From a virus (lineage: Duplodnaviria > Caudoviricetes), in IMG/VR virus record IMGVR_UViG_3300038673_000279, positions 1-31,536 of that record: DNA of 31,536 nt. One strand, given 5' to 3'. Both the position numbers and the translations under genes were made by a program. Positions 16,796 through 25,044 of the stretch are shown here, one piece after another (position 1 is the stretch's first letter; each line of letters begins with the position of its first letter). The notes beneath the pieces were generated by a model that did no database searches, had not been told where the DNA came from, and saw only the letters and a program-made list of their open reading frames with translations.

Positions 16796-17748
16796 TGGCT
16801 ATCAGTGGAGAATTTACTGCCACTTTACGTGGAGCTTCTGGTAACTTTCTATTCAATCAAGATGAAGCTTTAGAGGATATGGGGATTGTTCTCTCCCTTG
16901 TTGGTAGAGGTAGAGAAGATGTTCCTCTTCATTTTGGTTATAGCGGTTTAGCTTGGGAAGATATGTCGGCATACTTCGCTTTTTGTCGAGCCGGTAGTTA
17001 TAATTTCAATGACATGTTGACCCATTTCTTGATTTGTAATGGGGCTACTTATGAGGATGTCAGTTTGTATTTTTCGGTTATCCGAACTCCGCAAACTTTA
17101 ATGGCATATATCTTTGAAAAACTGTATTGTACAACAACGGAACTTTCAACGAATGGAGACATTTCACTTCTGAATTGGAATGTTTATCCGAATCAATTAT
17201 GGTATGTTAAATTGATCGGAGATTCTGGATCAGGAATGACCGTTGAATTGTACGAAACAGAAACGGATCTTAATGCAGGAACAAATCTTGTAGCTTCGGG
17301 AACTGTCGATTCCGAAACTTTAGAAGTTGTCTTGAGTGATTCTTTACTTGTTGACATGGAATTCTACTACGAAGACTATACCGCGCATTTAACCGTATCT
17401 TCAATTCTATCAGGGACTTCAACTCGATCTTTCAAATTAAAACCTTTGACAGATATATCGGAAATAGATCACGCCGTTTATAATAATTCCAATATTAGTA
17501 TTTCCCGAGGAGAAGCAGAACTTGATCTCCACACTTATGCAATCTTAGGAAGAGAAATCACATTGGCCACACATCTTCCTGAACTTGAATGTGGAGAAAT
17601 TGTGGAGTTAAATAGTACCCGAAGGAACAAATTAGAAAAGTCTCAGGTTCTTTCTATGACAATTTCCGGAAGTGCTTCTGAAGACGGAACTTCAGAATTG
17701 ACCACATCAATCAATGTAGCTAATTATTTGGAGTTATCACGACAATGA
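16795..17748 (+). CDS. Hypothetical tail protein with short N-terminal repeats
   Basis: TAATG coupling at 16793-16797. Five ED[MV]xxxF-like repeats. Confidence 0.65.
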   Translation: MAISGEFTATLRGASGNFLFNQDEALEDMGIVLSLVGRGREDVPLHFGYSGLAWEDMSAYFAFCRAGSYNFNDMLTHFLICNGATYEDVSLYFSVIRTPQTLMAYIFEKLYCTTTELSTNGDISLLNWNVYPNQLWYVKLIGDSGSGMTVELYETETDLNAGTNLVASGTVDSETLEVVLSDSLLVDMEFYYEDYTAHLTVSSILSGTSTRSFKLKPLTDISEIDHAVYNNSNISISRGEAELDLHTYAILGREITLATHLPELECGEIVELNSTRRNKLEKSQVLSMTISGSASEDGTSELTTSINVANYLELSRQ

Positions 17749-18743
17749 TCCTTTTAAAAAAACCAAAGAGAGATAATCTTCTTCGGGCAAAGATCAATTC
17801 TATTGATTATGCTTCAGGAAGAATCGGGATTTTTACAAAGAATGGTTTGAAAAGTGTGGCTACATATTTAGGTAACATCTCCGATCTGAGAGTAGGAAAT
17901 CAGGTTCTTGTTGGTAAAGTAGATGATGCCTTCATAATTCTGAATAAATTACAGAATCCTATTCGGAATTGTGGTATGATGACTTTTCAACCGGCAGTTG
18001 TTCCATCTACGACTCATTGGGAAGATTTCACTGGAGGAGAAACACCTTTTGTAGGATGGTCAACATGGAATTCTATTTGGAGTGATGGTACTGGAACAGC
18101 TGATCATCAGGGTGTTTGGGGAGGTTCTTTATATCCGGAAAAGAATTATTGGAATGAAGGATGGACTTCTCCGCAAGTAGGTAATGATTATGTCACCATG
18201 CTTCCTCCAAGACAATCTATTGTTGATGGTAAATATCATTATGAATGTGACCCGTCTTCTAATTGGGAAGATAATTACAGTTATGTCAATGATGGTTTTG
18301 AATTTTATCCATTATCTTCATCCTACTTCATTGAACATACTGCCCATGAATTTTATATTAAATACGATACCACCACAACATTTAAAGGTGCTGAGGGACC
18401 CAGTGTTTTTTATGTACTCATCCATTTAAGCGATGATCTGTCAAGATATGCTGAAGCTGATTATGGAAACAGTATGTATCTCTGTTTAGTGGGAAGTAAT
18501 TCAACCTATGCAAGTCATCCGACATTATATCAAGCTCGTACTAAGGGAGTTGGTGGATATCGATATAATGTTTGGTATCTATCAATGCCGGGGGTATCTG
18601 TAGGTAATTGGAATATTTCTAATGATGGTACAGTTCCCATCACTGTTCCTTGGTCCACTCCTATTAGAGATGTAGCTATAGAAATGGGATTTGATGCAGG
18701 GTGGACATTTGAAATGGATATTGATTTTATAGACATTAAATAA
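17745..18743 (+). CDS. Putative tail spike/receptor-binding protein
   Basis: ATGA overlap. OB-fold-like N-terminus (AKINSID..DLRVGNQVLVG) followed by a Trp/Tyr-rich domain. Confidence 0.5.
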   Translation: MILLKKPKRDNLLRAKINSIDYASGRIGIFTKNGLKSVATYLGNISDLRVGNQVLVGKVDDAFIILNKLQNPIRNCGMMTFQPAVVPSTTHWEDFTGGETPFVGWSTWNSIWSDGTGTADHQGVWGGSLYPEKNYWNEGWTSPQVGNDYVTMLPPRQSIVDGKYHYECDPSSNWEDNYSYVNDGFEFYPLSSSYFIEHTAHEFYIKYDTTTTFKGAEGPSVFYVLIHLSDDLSRYAEADYGNSMYLCLVGSNSTYASHPTLYQARTKGVGGYRYNVWYLSMPGVSVGNWNISNDGTVPITVPWSTPIRDVAIEMGFDAGWTFEMDIDFIDIK

Positions 18744-18789
18744 CTTGCATTTTAGCACCAATTTTGCTATGTGCTTCAAGGAGGTAGAC

Positions 18790-19194
18790 ATGATCCGAGC
18801 GAATATTGATATAACAATCGTTGAAGGTGGAACATACGATAAGACATTTCAATGGAAGTCTGGAGATCCTGCAGTTGGTGTTGATCTTACTGGTTGGACC
18901 GGATCAATGATGGTGAGAGCGAAACTTGCAGATGCTACTCCACTGATTCAAGTTCCTGCAGCAACAGTTGGTTGGTCTGCCGATGCTGATACTGGAATTT
19001 ATATTTATACTCAGTCTGGAGAAGATATTGGAAAATATCGAATCTATTTGAATGATACGGATACTTCCAATATTTGTTCGGCTCATAAAAATATTTCTGG
19101 TGTCTATGACTTATTTTTGTCAAATCCTTCAGGTGAAGTTGTTTACCAACAGTATGGTGTTGCTACCATTTATGCCGCAGTAACGAGGGATTAA
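18790..19194 (+). CDS. Tail fibre-associated beta-sandwich protein (BppU N-terminal-like)
   Basis: AAGGAGGT SD before ATG 18790. ITIVEGGTYDKTFQWK..VDLTGWTGSMMVR..GVYDL pattern. Confidence 0.6.
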   Translation: MIRANIDITIVEGGTYDKTFQWKSGDPAVGVDLTGWTGSMMVRAKLADATPLIQVPAATVGWSADADTGIYIYTQSGEDIGKYRIYLNDTDTSNICSAHKNISGVYDLFLSNPSGEVVYQQYGVATIYAAVTRD

Positions 19195-19195
19195 T

Positions 19196-19513
19196 ATGAA
19201 AAGTGCAAATATGGGGAAGAGTACAAGTGGTCATCCGATAGAAACTTTGTTTCCGAATAGAACACATGTTCTGGAATTATCGAATGTAGCCGTAAGAAAC
19301 GAAATACCATTTGTCCAGAATCAGCTTCGTTTATATGCAACCGGTGATTGTCATTTGAAATTCAGTACTACCGGAGAAGAAGCGACCGTAAATGATTGTC
19401 CACTTCCTGCAGGGATTGTTGAATACTTCTATGTGGAAGGTCACCATTATATTTCTGCAATTTGGGCTGAAGGAGAAACTGTAGGGAAGTTGTATATTAC
19501 AGAAATGGGTTAA
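19196..19513 (+). CDS. Small hypothetical virion protein
   Basis: GAGG SD. Beta-rich. Lies in the fibre cluster. Confidence 0.6.
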   Translation: MKSANMGKSTSGHPIETLFPNRTHVLELSNVAVRNEIPFVQNQLRLYATGDCHLKFSTTGEEATVNDCPLPAGIVEYFYVEGHHYISAIWAEGETVGKLYITEMG

Positions 19514-19516
19514 ATC

Positions 19517-22500
19517 ATGCACATTGGCGGTTACGCTACATCATTAATGAGAAGAATGGTTATCCCCAGTGACGGGTCCGCTGGGGATTTTATCATTTTA
19601 GGAGAAGGTTCTTTATCTTCCGTAACTTTGACTGAAGCAAAGTCTACTTTAGGTGTGACTAACCTGGAAGATAAATATGTAAAATGTTTGTGGTTTGAGG
19701 TGGTCAATTCAGGAACCAGCGGCACTCTGACACCTCCTACAAACAGTACACTTTTGATGGATCAATGGGCTGCTGGAGTAGATGCTCTGGCAAGCACCCT
19801 TAATTCAGGTATTCCGACATTGATCGCTCCTGAAACGAGCGGTGGAATAGACATCACCGCAACCCTCGACGTTTCTGGAAACTGGACTTTGTCAGGAACA
19901 CCGGCAGCATATCCCGTAGCGATTATCTATTGCTACAAGGTCAAGTTAAAAGACCTTGATGATACTAAGGTTATTGGTGGCATTGAGGTCGTGATCGAAG
20001 GTGAAGGAGGAGGAAGCAGTGCAGTAACTTCTGTTAATGGTTTAACCGGAGATGTTGTTATCACTATCCCCGTAACAACAGTTAATGGTTTAACCGGAGA
20101 TGTTGTTATTGATATTCCAGTTACATCGGTCAACGGTTTGACCGGGGATGTCTCGCTCACCATCCCCCAAGCCGGAACGGACTACTTAACCCCCGAGACA
20201 CTCGCTTTGACCTACGAACCGATTCTACCAGTCACTCCTGAATCTCCGGATACCATGTATCTGAATGGGAACAGAACGTGGGCTGCCATAGTCATCGGTA
20301 GCGGTGGATATGCTGCTAATGTTTATCCTAAAGCAGCAACTTCAACGATTTACTCCGAATATAAGCAAGCAAGTTATACCAATGATGCTTCTGAATCAGT
20401 GGAAACAATAACTTGTTCTGTGGCAGGAGAAGTTGTTGGAGAATCTTTTCTTTATGAAAGTCCTCTTGGGATTACCAATGTCGATGCTGGTACTTGGAAT
20501 TTCAGTTTGTATTGTAAAATCAGCACAAAAGCTGGAACTGCTCAAGTAAAGTTTGAAATTTTTGTACGGGAATCTGGTGGAACTGAATCCATTCTATTCT
20601 CGAAATATAGTAATGATTTAAATAATACGGATTATCAGGTCATTAAAGCTGATTATACCGGTCCTATTTATCCGGTTAATACAACTGATAGAATGGGAGT
20701 TCGATTTTATTTCAAATCGACTGCCGCAGCTCCAGTAACTTTGAGTTATGTTTATGGAGGAGTAAATACCAGTTACCTTAATACTCCTTTGAATATCAGA
20801 CATTCCCAACTTCGTGGATTAAATGATGATACCAATTACCAACATATCACTTCTACTCAGGTGAGTAATATACATGCTCCAGGTTCTGATAATCAAGACC
20901 TTTCAGGATTGATGGTTAAGTCTAGCAACTTGTCGGATCTTACAGATGCCACAACAGCTAGACAAAATCTCGGAGTTGAAATTGGTGCGGATGTTCAAGC
21001 ATACGATCCGAACATTGCATTCCGAACGGATAAGCTTTCCGCTTTTGCAATAACTACTTCCGCAGAATTTGCAGGTATTATTTCTGATCCAACTGGTACA
21101 GGTTACGTTGTTCTCAGTGATAGTCCGACATTTACAACAAAAATAACCACACCTGCTGTATGGGCTTCTGGTGTAAACGGACTATTACTGGCAGATGATG
21201 GTGGTAATGGTATATTTATTGAAGATGGTGGATACGTCGGAATAGGCACAAGTAATCCGTCTGTTCCTTTTGAAATAAATAGCACCATAACTGCTATGGC
21301 AAAGTTGGTACATACTACAACTTCTGGATTAGGAGGTGGTTCTGGTATTTATCTCACAGTAAATGACGGTGCTGCCGTTGCTTCTGGAGATAGATTAGGA
21401 TATTTGTTTGGTGGCGGTACTTATGATGCTTCCAACAATTTTGCTTATTCTGCTGGATTTTCTTTTTATACCACAGAGAATTGGGAAGCTACAAAAAGAG
21501 GAACAAAGATTGTCATAGAGGGTACGAATACGGGAGCAACTGGACGTGGTACTTGGATGACAATTCTTGATGGAAAATTAGGAATTGGGATTGCTGATCC
21601 TGCTCAAGGGATAGATGTTTCAGGAAGTGTTCAAGCAACCACTAGTATAATCACACCGGAAATAACTGCATATGGAGAAGGGACATTAACTTTATCCGAT
21701 AATTCAAATGAAGTGGTATTAAGTGATCTTAAAACTGCGGTTGATAATACACACGCTTCTGGATCAGATAATCAAGATTTATCTGGATTGATGGTTAAAT
21801 CCAATAATCTTTCTGATTTAACAGATACCATTACTGCCAGACAAAATCTTGGCGTTGAGATCGGTGTTGATGTTCAGGAGTATAATGAGGATATAGCCTT
21901 AAATGCTGATCTCTATCCTGCTATTCTATCCAGAAATATAGGACAGAGGATCATACATGGCAGAAATACGACTCTTCCGGCATTTCAAACAACTGATTTC
22001 AGTGAACTTGCATTAGGAACCACCTTTGATTTTTCTGTGATATGGGAGGGGACACAAGATAGTTGGGTTTCTGCAACGACCAGATATTTCATATATAAAC
22101 ACGATGGTTCAACCGGAATAATATTTGGGGTATATTCTGATAATAAATTGTTTGTCACTGTAAACGGTACCACGTATTACTCAACAATAGCAATTACGTT
22201 CGGGGATGAAGAGAGTCATGCGCTAGGGGTTACTGTTGAGAGGGAATCAACTACCTCAGATGGTAGCATTGTTTTTTATGTTGATGGAAGCATATTAGGA
22301 GATACTGTAACGATAACGGCAGGTTCTCCATTATCAATAACAACAACAAGTAATTTGTATGTTTCATCAGGGCCAAGTGATCGTTATAATGGCTCAAGTA
22401 AATCTTGCTATATATATAATGTGGCATTAACGGAAAACGAGATGCGATCTGCACTATTCAATGGTGTTGGTAGTTGGCATATTTGGGGTTCTTGTGTTTA

Positions 22501-23392
22501 TCGGTATTTCAGTGATTTTTCTTCGGTGACAGATGGTTGGAATGCCACGAGGGCAACAAGGACTGCAAATATTGATGGGATTGCAGGACAAGATGATTGT
22601 TTAAGGGTATATGCTTCATCTGATGCAAACTCAACACATTATATAGGTAGATCAGGTACATTGGTTCCCAATCGTTGGTATAGAGTGTCTTTAGATTATT
22701 ACATCCCTTCTGGTAACACCAACGTGAATGGAATACGTTTGGCTACCGGAGCAACTTCAGAGGTTTGGGATACGATTGGATCTTGGACGACAGCATCATT
22801 GATTTTATATTATACCAATCCATCTTTGGTTATATATCAGTTAAAAAATGGTTCAATTAATTTTACTGGTGCTGGCGTAGTCACGGATGATTTGATTTAT
22901 ATTAAAAATATAAAGGTTGAGCAATTGGGGGCTATCTGTGGTTATGATACCGGTGGTATGCAACCAGGTGCGTCGCAATGGATTGATAGTTCAACCAATA
23001 ATTGTCATCTTGTTCAACCAGTTGGTAATGGTTATGGTATTCTACAGCAAATGAAAGGAACGTTTGAAATTCGATGGACTTGTACCTGGAATGGCACACA
23101 TGAAGCTCAATATATTGGTGGATTTAATCAAGCTATTGTTCCCGAAAATGGATATATACAGAGCTGTATGGTGTATATAGAAGGAACAATCATTGAGGAT
23201 ATTATTGTTGGTGATGGATCTGATACAGAGTATTGGGTGGCGTCAACAACTGGTTTGGCCGCTGGTAAACGGACCTTACCTATAGCCCATAGATATCCGG
23301 ATGGTACAAATTTTAAGATGATTGTTGATCCGGATGCAAACTTTACAGGGTCAATCCATTTTTTATTTCGAGGAGATATAATGGAGGTGTAG
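19517..23392 (+). CDS. Long mosaic tail fibre/receptor-binding protein with LamG-like and carbohydrate-binding-like domains
   Basis: 1291 aa. VTSVNGLTGDV repeats, NLSDL..TARQNLG motifs, GYVGIGTSNPS fibre motif, LamG-like FYVDG..IYNVALTENE. Confidence 0.8.
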   Translation: MHIGGYATSLMRRMVIPSDGSAGDFIILGEGSLSSVTLTEAKSTLGVTNLEDKYVKCLWFEVVNSGTSGTLTPPTNSTLLMDQWAAGVDALASTLNSGIPTLIAPETSGGIDITATLDVSGNWTLSGTPAAYPVAIIYCYKVKLKDLDDTKVIGGIEVVIEGEGGGSSAVTSVNGLTGDVVITIPVTTVNGLTGDVVIDIPVTSVNGLTGDVSLTIPQAGTDYLTPETLALTYEPILPVTPESPDTMYLNGNRTWAAIVIGSGGYAANVYPKAATSTIYSEYKQASYTNDASESVETITCSVAGEVVGESFLYESPLGITNVDAGTWNFSLYCKISTKAGTAQVKFEIFVRESGGTESILFSKYSNDLNNTDYQVIKADYTGPIYPVNTTDRMGVRFYFKSTAAAPVTLSYVYGGVNTSYLNTPLNIRHSQLRGLNDDTNYQHITSTQVSNIHAPGSDNQDLSGLMVKSSNLSDLTDATTARQNLGVEIGADVQAYDPNIAFRTDKLSAFAITTSAEFAGIISDPTGTGYVVLSDSPTFTTKITTPAVWASGVNGLLLADDGGNGIFIEDGGYVGIGTSNPSVPFEINSTITAMAKLVHTTTSGLGGGSGIYLTVNDGAAVASGDRLGYLFGGGTYDASNNFAYSAGFSFYTTENWEATKRGTKIVIEGTNTGATGRGTWMTILDGKLGIGIADPAQGIDVSGSVQATTSIITPEITAYGEGTLTLSDNSNEVVLSDLKTAVDNTHASGSDNQDLSGLMVKSNNLSDLTDTITARQNLGVEIGVDVQEYNEDIALNADLYPAILSRNIGQRIIHGRNTTLPAFQTTDFSELALGTTFDFSVIWEGTQDSWVSATTRYFIYKHDGSTGIIFGVYSDNKLFVTVNGTTYYSTIAITFGDEESHALGVTVERESTTSDGSIVFYVDGSILGDTVTITAGSPLSITTTSNLYVSSGPSDRYNGSSKSCYIYNVALTENEMRSALFNGVGSWHIWGSCVYRYFSDFSSVTDGWNATRATRTANIDGIAGQDDCLRVYASSDANSTHYIGRSGTLVPNRWYRVSLDYYIPSGNTNVNGIRLATGATSEVWDTIGSWTTASLILYYTNPSLVIYQLKNGSINFTGAGVVTDDLIYIKNIKVEQLGAICGYDTGGMQPGASQWIDSSTNNCHLVQPVGNGYGILQQMKGTFEIRWTCTWNGTHEAQYIGGFNQAIVPENGYIQSCMVYIEGTIIEDIIVGDGSDTEYWVASTTGLAAGKRTLPIAHRYPDGTNFKMIVDPDANFTGSIHFLFRGDIMEV
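20024..20167 (+). repeat. 3 x 48-bp tandem repeat encoding VT[ST]VNGLTGDVxxxIP
   Basis: Units start at 20024, 20072 and 20120. Confidence 0.9.
20867..21886 (+). repeat. Dispersed 47-codon direct repeat (20867-21007 and 21746-21886)
   Basis: 39/47 aa identical (HAxGSDNQDLSGLMVKSxNLSDLTD..TARQNLGVEIGxDVQxY). Confidence 0.9.
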
Positions 23393-23395
23393 ATA

Positions 23396-23632
23396 ATGGA
23401 AATAATGGTTGATGGAGAATCCATACAAATTCTATTGGTTGATTTTGAACATGGCTTTGTTGATTGGAAGAGAATAAATAAAGGATACTCTGGCGTTTGT
23501 GTTTCAGAAATTGGAAAAATTGATTTTACTACGATGGAAACAAATATACAAATTGCTTTAAAAGCAGAATTAAAAGGAAAAATCAATCCTTTGTCCAATT
23601 TAAAAGACATAGGTTCCGAAAAATCTGAATAA
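23396..23632 (+). CDS. Small hypothetical protein, possible fibre chaperone
   Basis: GGAGGT SD. Follows the fibre gene directly. Confidence 0.55.
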   Translation: MEIMVDGESIQILLVDFEHGFVDWKRINKGYSGVCVSEIGKIDFTTMETNIQIALKAELKGKINPLSNLKDIGSEKSE

Positions 23633-23655
23633 ATATATTAAATGATTTAATATAT
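23633..23655. promoter_or_regulatory. AT-rich palindrome, operator-like
   Basis: ATATATTAAAT-G-ATTTAATATAT: perfect 11-bp arms in an intergenic gap. Confidence 0.4.
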
Positions 23656-23680
23656 AGTAAATATTTTATGGGGGTTTATA

Positions 23681-23917
23681 GTGCCTCAATTAAATAGATT
23701 AGATGAACTTGTAAAAAAGCAGGCAGAACAGCGGAATCGTCTTCTCCGCAGCGACCAATTGAAAGAACGAAGTCGAGTTCATGCTGTATTTGGAAATATG
23801 ATTCTGAGCAAGAAATTGAGGAAACTATTAATCACTTCACCATTTCAATTATTGCTTATGAAGATTGGTATTTTACTTGCATTATTTCTTGATTGCTATA
23901 TTTTATTGATGAGGTAA
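23681..23917 (+). CDS. Small hypothetical protein, possibly frameshifted
   Basis: GTG start with GGGGG upstream. An alternative -1 frame is open over 23707-23892. Confidence 0.45.
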   Translation: MPQLNRLDELVKKQAEQRNRLLRSDQLKERSRVHAVFGNMILSKKLRKLLITSPFQLLLMKIGILLALFLDCYILLMR

Positions 23918-23922
23918 AAATA

Positions 23923-24675
23923 ATGGCCACTGATACTGATGCCCAGATTGTCACCGTTACTGAAGAAGTACAGTCCACAATCGTTGAATCTGAAGATGTG
24001 GAATATATTACTCTGGAAACAATAACTGCAGGACCGCAAGGACCGACAGGTCCGCAAGGGATTCAGGGAGAAACTGGACCTACTGGAGCAACCGGTCCTA
24101 TTGGTCCTACTGGAGCAACCGGTCCACAAGGACCTCAGGGAGTTCAAGGAATTCAAGGAGAAACCGGTCCTGCTGGACCTACTGGAGCAACTGGAGCAAC
24201 CGGTCCACAGGGTCCGCAAGGAATCCAGGGAGAGACTGGGGCACAAGGTCCACAAGGAATCCAAGGAGAAATAGGACCTACTGGAGCGACTGGTCCTGCT
24301 GGAGCAACTGGTCCTCAAGGAGAAACTGGTCCAGCTGGACCGCAGGGTATTCAAGGAGTTCAAGGAGAGACCGGTCCAGCTGGACCGCAGGGTATTCAAG
24401 GAATCCAAGGAGAGACCGGAGCAACAGGTCCTGCTGGTCCAGGTAATTTAAACTATCGAGGTGTTTGGGCAACATCTACCAGTTATGCTCAGTACGATGT
24501 TTCTAAAGGTTCCGATGATTTGTACTATCTGTGTGGTACAGGACATACATCTGAATCTTCTACAGAACCTGGTGTAGGTGCTTCATGGGAAACTGTATGG
24601 ACGTTATTCGGTGGAGGAGAAAGTTCATCAACACCTGTTGTCAATGATTTTCTTGTTCAACAAATATTCAGTTAG
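23923..24675 (+). CDS. Collagen-like fibre protein with C-terminal CBM5/12-like module
   Basis: GAGGT SD before ATG 23923. 45 uninterrupted Gly-X-Y triplets, then [28 protein letters not shown]. Confidence 0.85.
   Translation: MATDTDAQIVTVTEEVQSTIVESEDVEYITLETITAGPQGPTGPQGIQGETGPTGATGPIGPTGATGPQGPQGVQGIQGETGPAGPTGATGATGPQGPQGIQGETGAQGPQGIQGEIGPTGATGPAGATGPQGETGPAGPQGIQGVQGETGPAGPQGIQGIQGETGATGPAGPGNLNYRGVWATSTSYAQYDVSKGSDDLYYLCGTGHTSESSTEPGVGASWETVWTLFGGGESSSTPVVNDFLVQQIFS
24031..24435 (+). repeat. Collagen Gly-X-Y repeat tract (45 triplets)
   Basis: 9-bp periodic [18 protein letters not shown] units. Confidence 0.95.
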
Positions 24676-24684
24676 GAGGGTTCG

Positions 24685-25044
24685 ATGGCAACCGCAGTTA
24701 AACGAAAACTTAGTGGAAGTACAGACGGAAAAGCAATCAAAATTGCTGCTACAGCTACCGCAGGTACGGCAATTCATACTGCGGTTTCAGGAACAATCGA
24801 TGGAACTTATGATGAAATCTGGCTCTGGGCTTATAATTCATCCACTGCAAATGTGACTCTCACTCTTGAATGGGGTGGAGTTTCTGTTCCGGATAATGTA
24901 ATTGTTCAAACAATTCCATACAAATCAGGAGGTATATTAATTGCCCCTGGATGGATTCTTCAGAATGCTGCCGCAGTTGCCGCTTTTGCTGGAGTAACTA
25001 ATGTAATCACCATTTTCGGATTCGTGAATAGGATGACAGACTAA
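24685..25044 (+). CDS. Conserved small phage virion protein
   Basis: AGGAGG SD. LSGSTDGKAIK..TAGTAIHTA..DEIWLWAYN..FGFVNR pattern recurs in fibre clusters. Confidence 0.65.
   Translation: MATAVKRKLSGSTDGKAIKIAATATAGTAIHTAVSGTIDGTYDEIWLWAYNSSTANVTLTLEWGGVSVPDNVIVQTIPYKSGGILIAPGWILQNAAAVAAFAGVTNVITIFGFVNRMTD

Noticed and set aside
20024-24435. Repeats considered as a CRISPR array
   Set aside because: All are in-frame coding repeats with no unique spacers, and no cas genes are present.
23896-24475. Ser/Arg/Leu-rich repetitive minus-strand ORFs
   Set aside because: They are the reverse-frame read of the collagen repeat.
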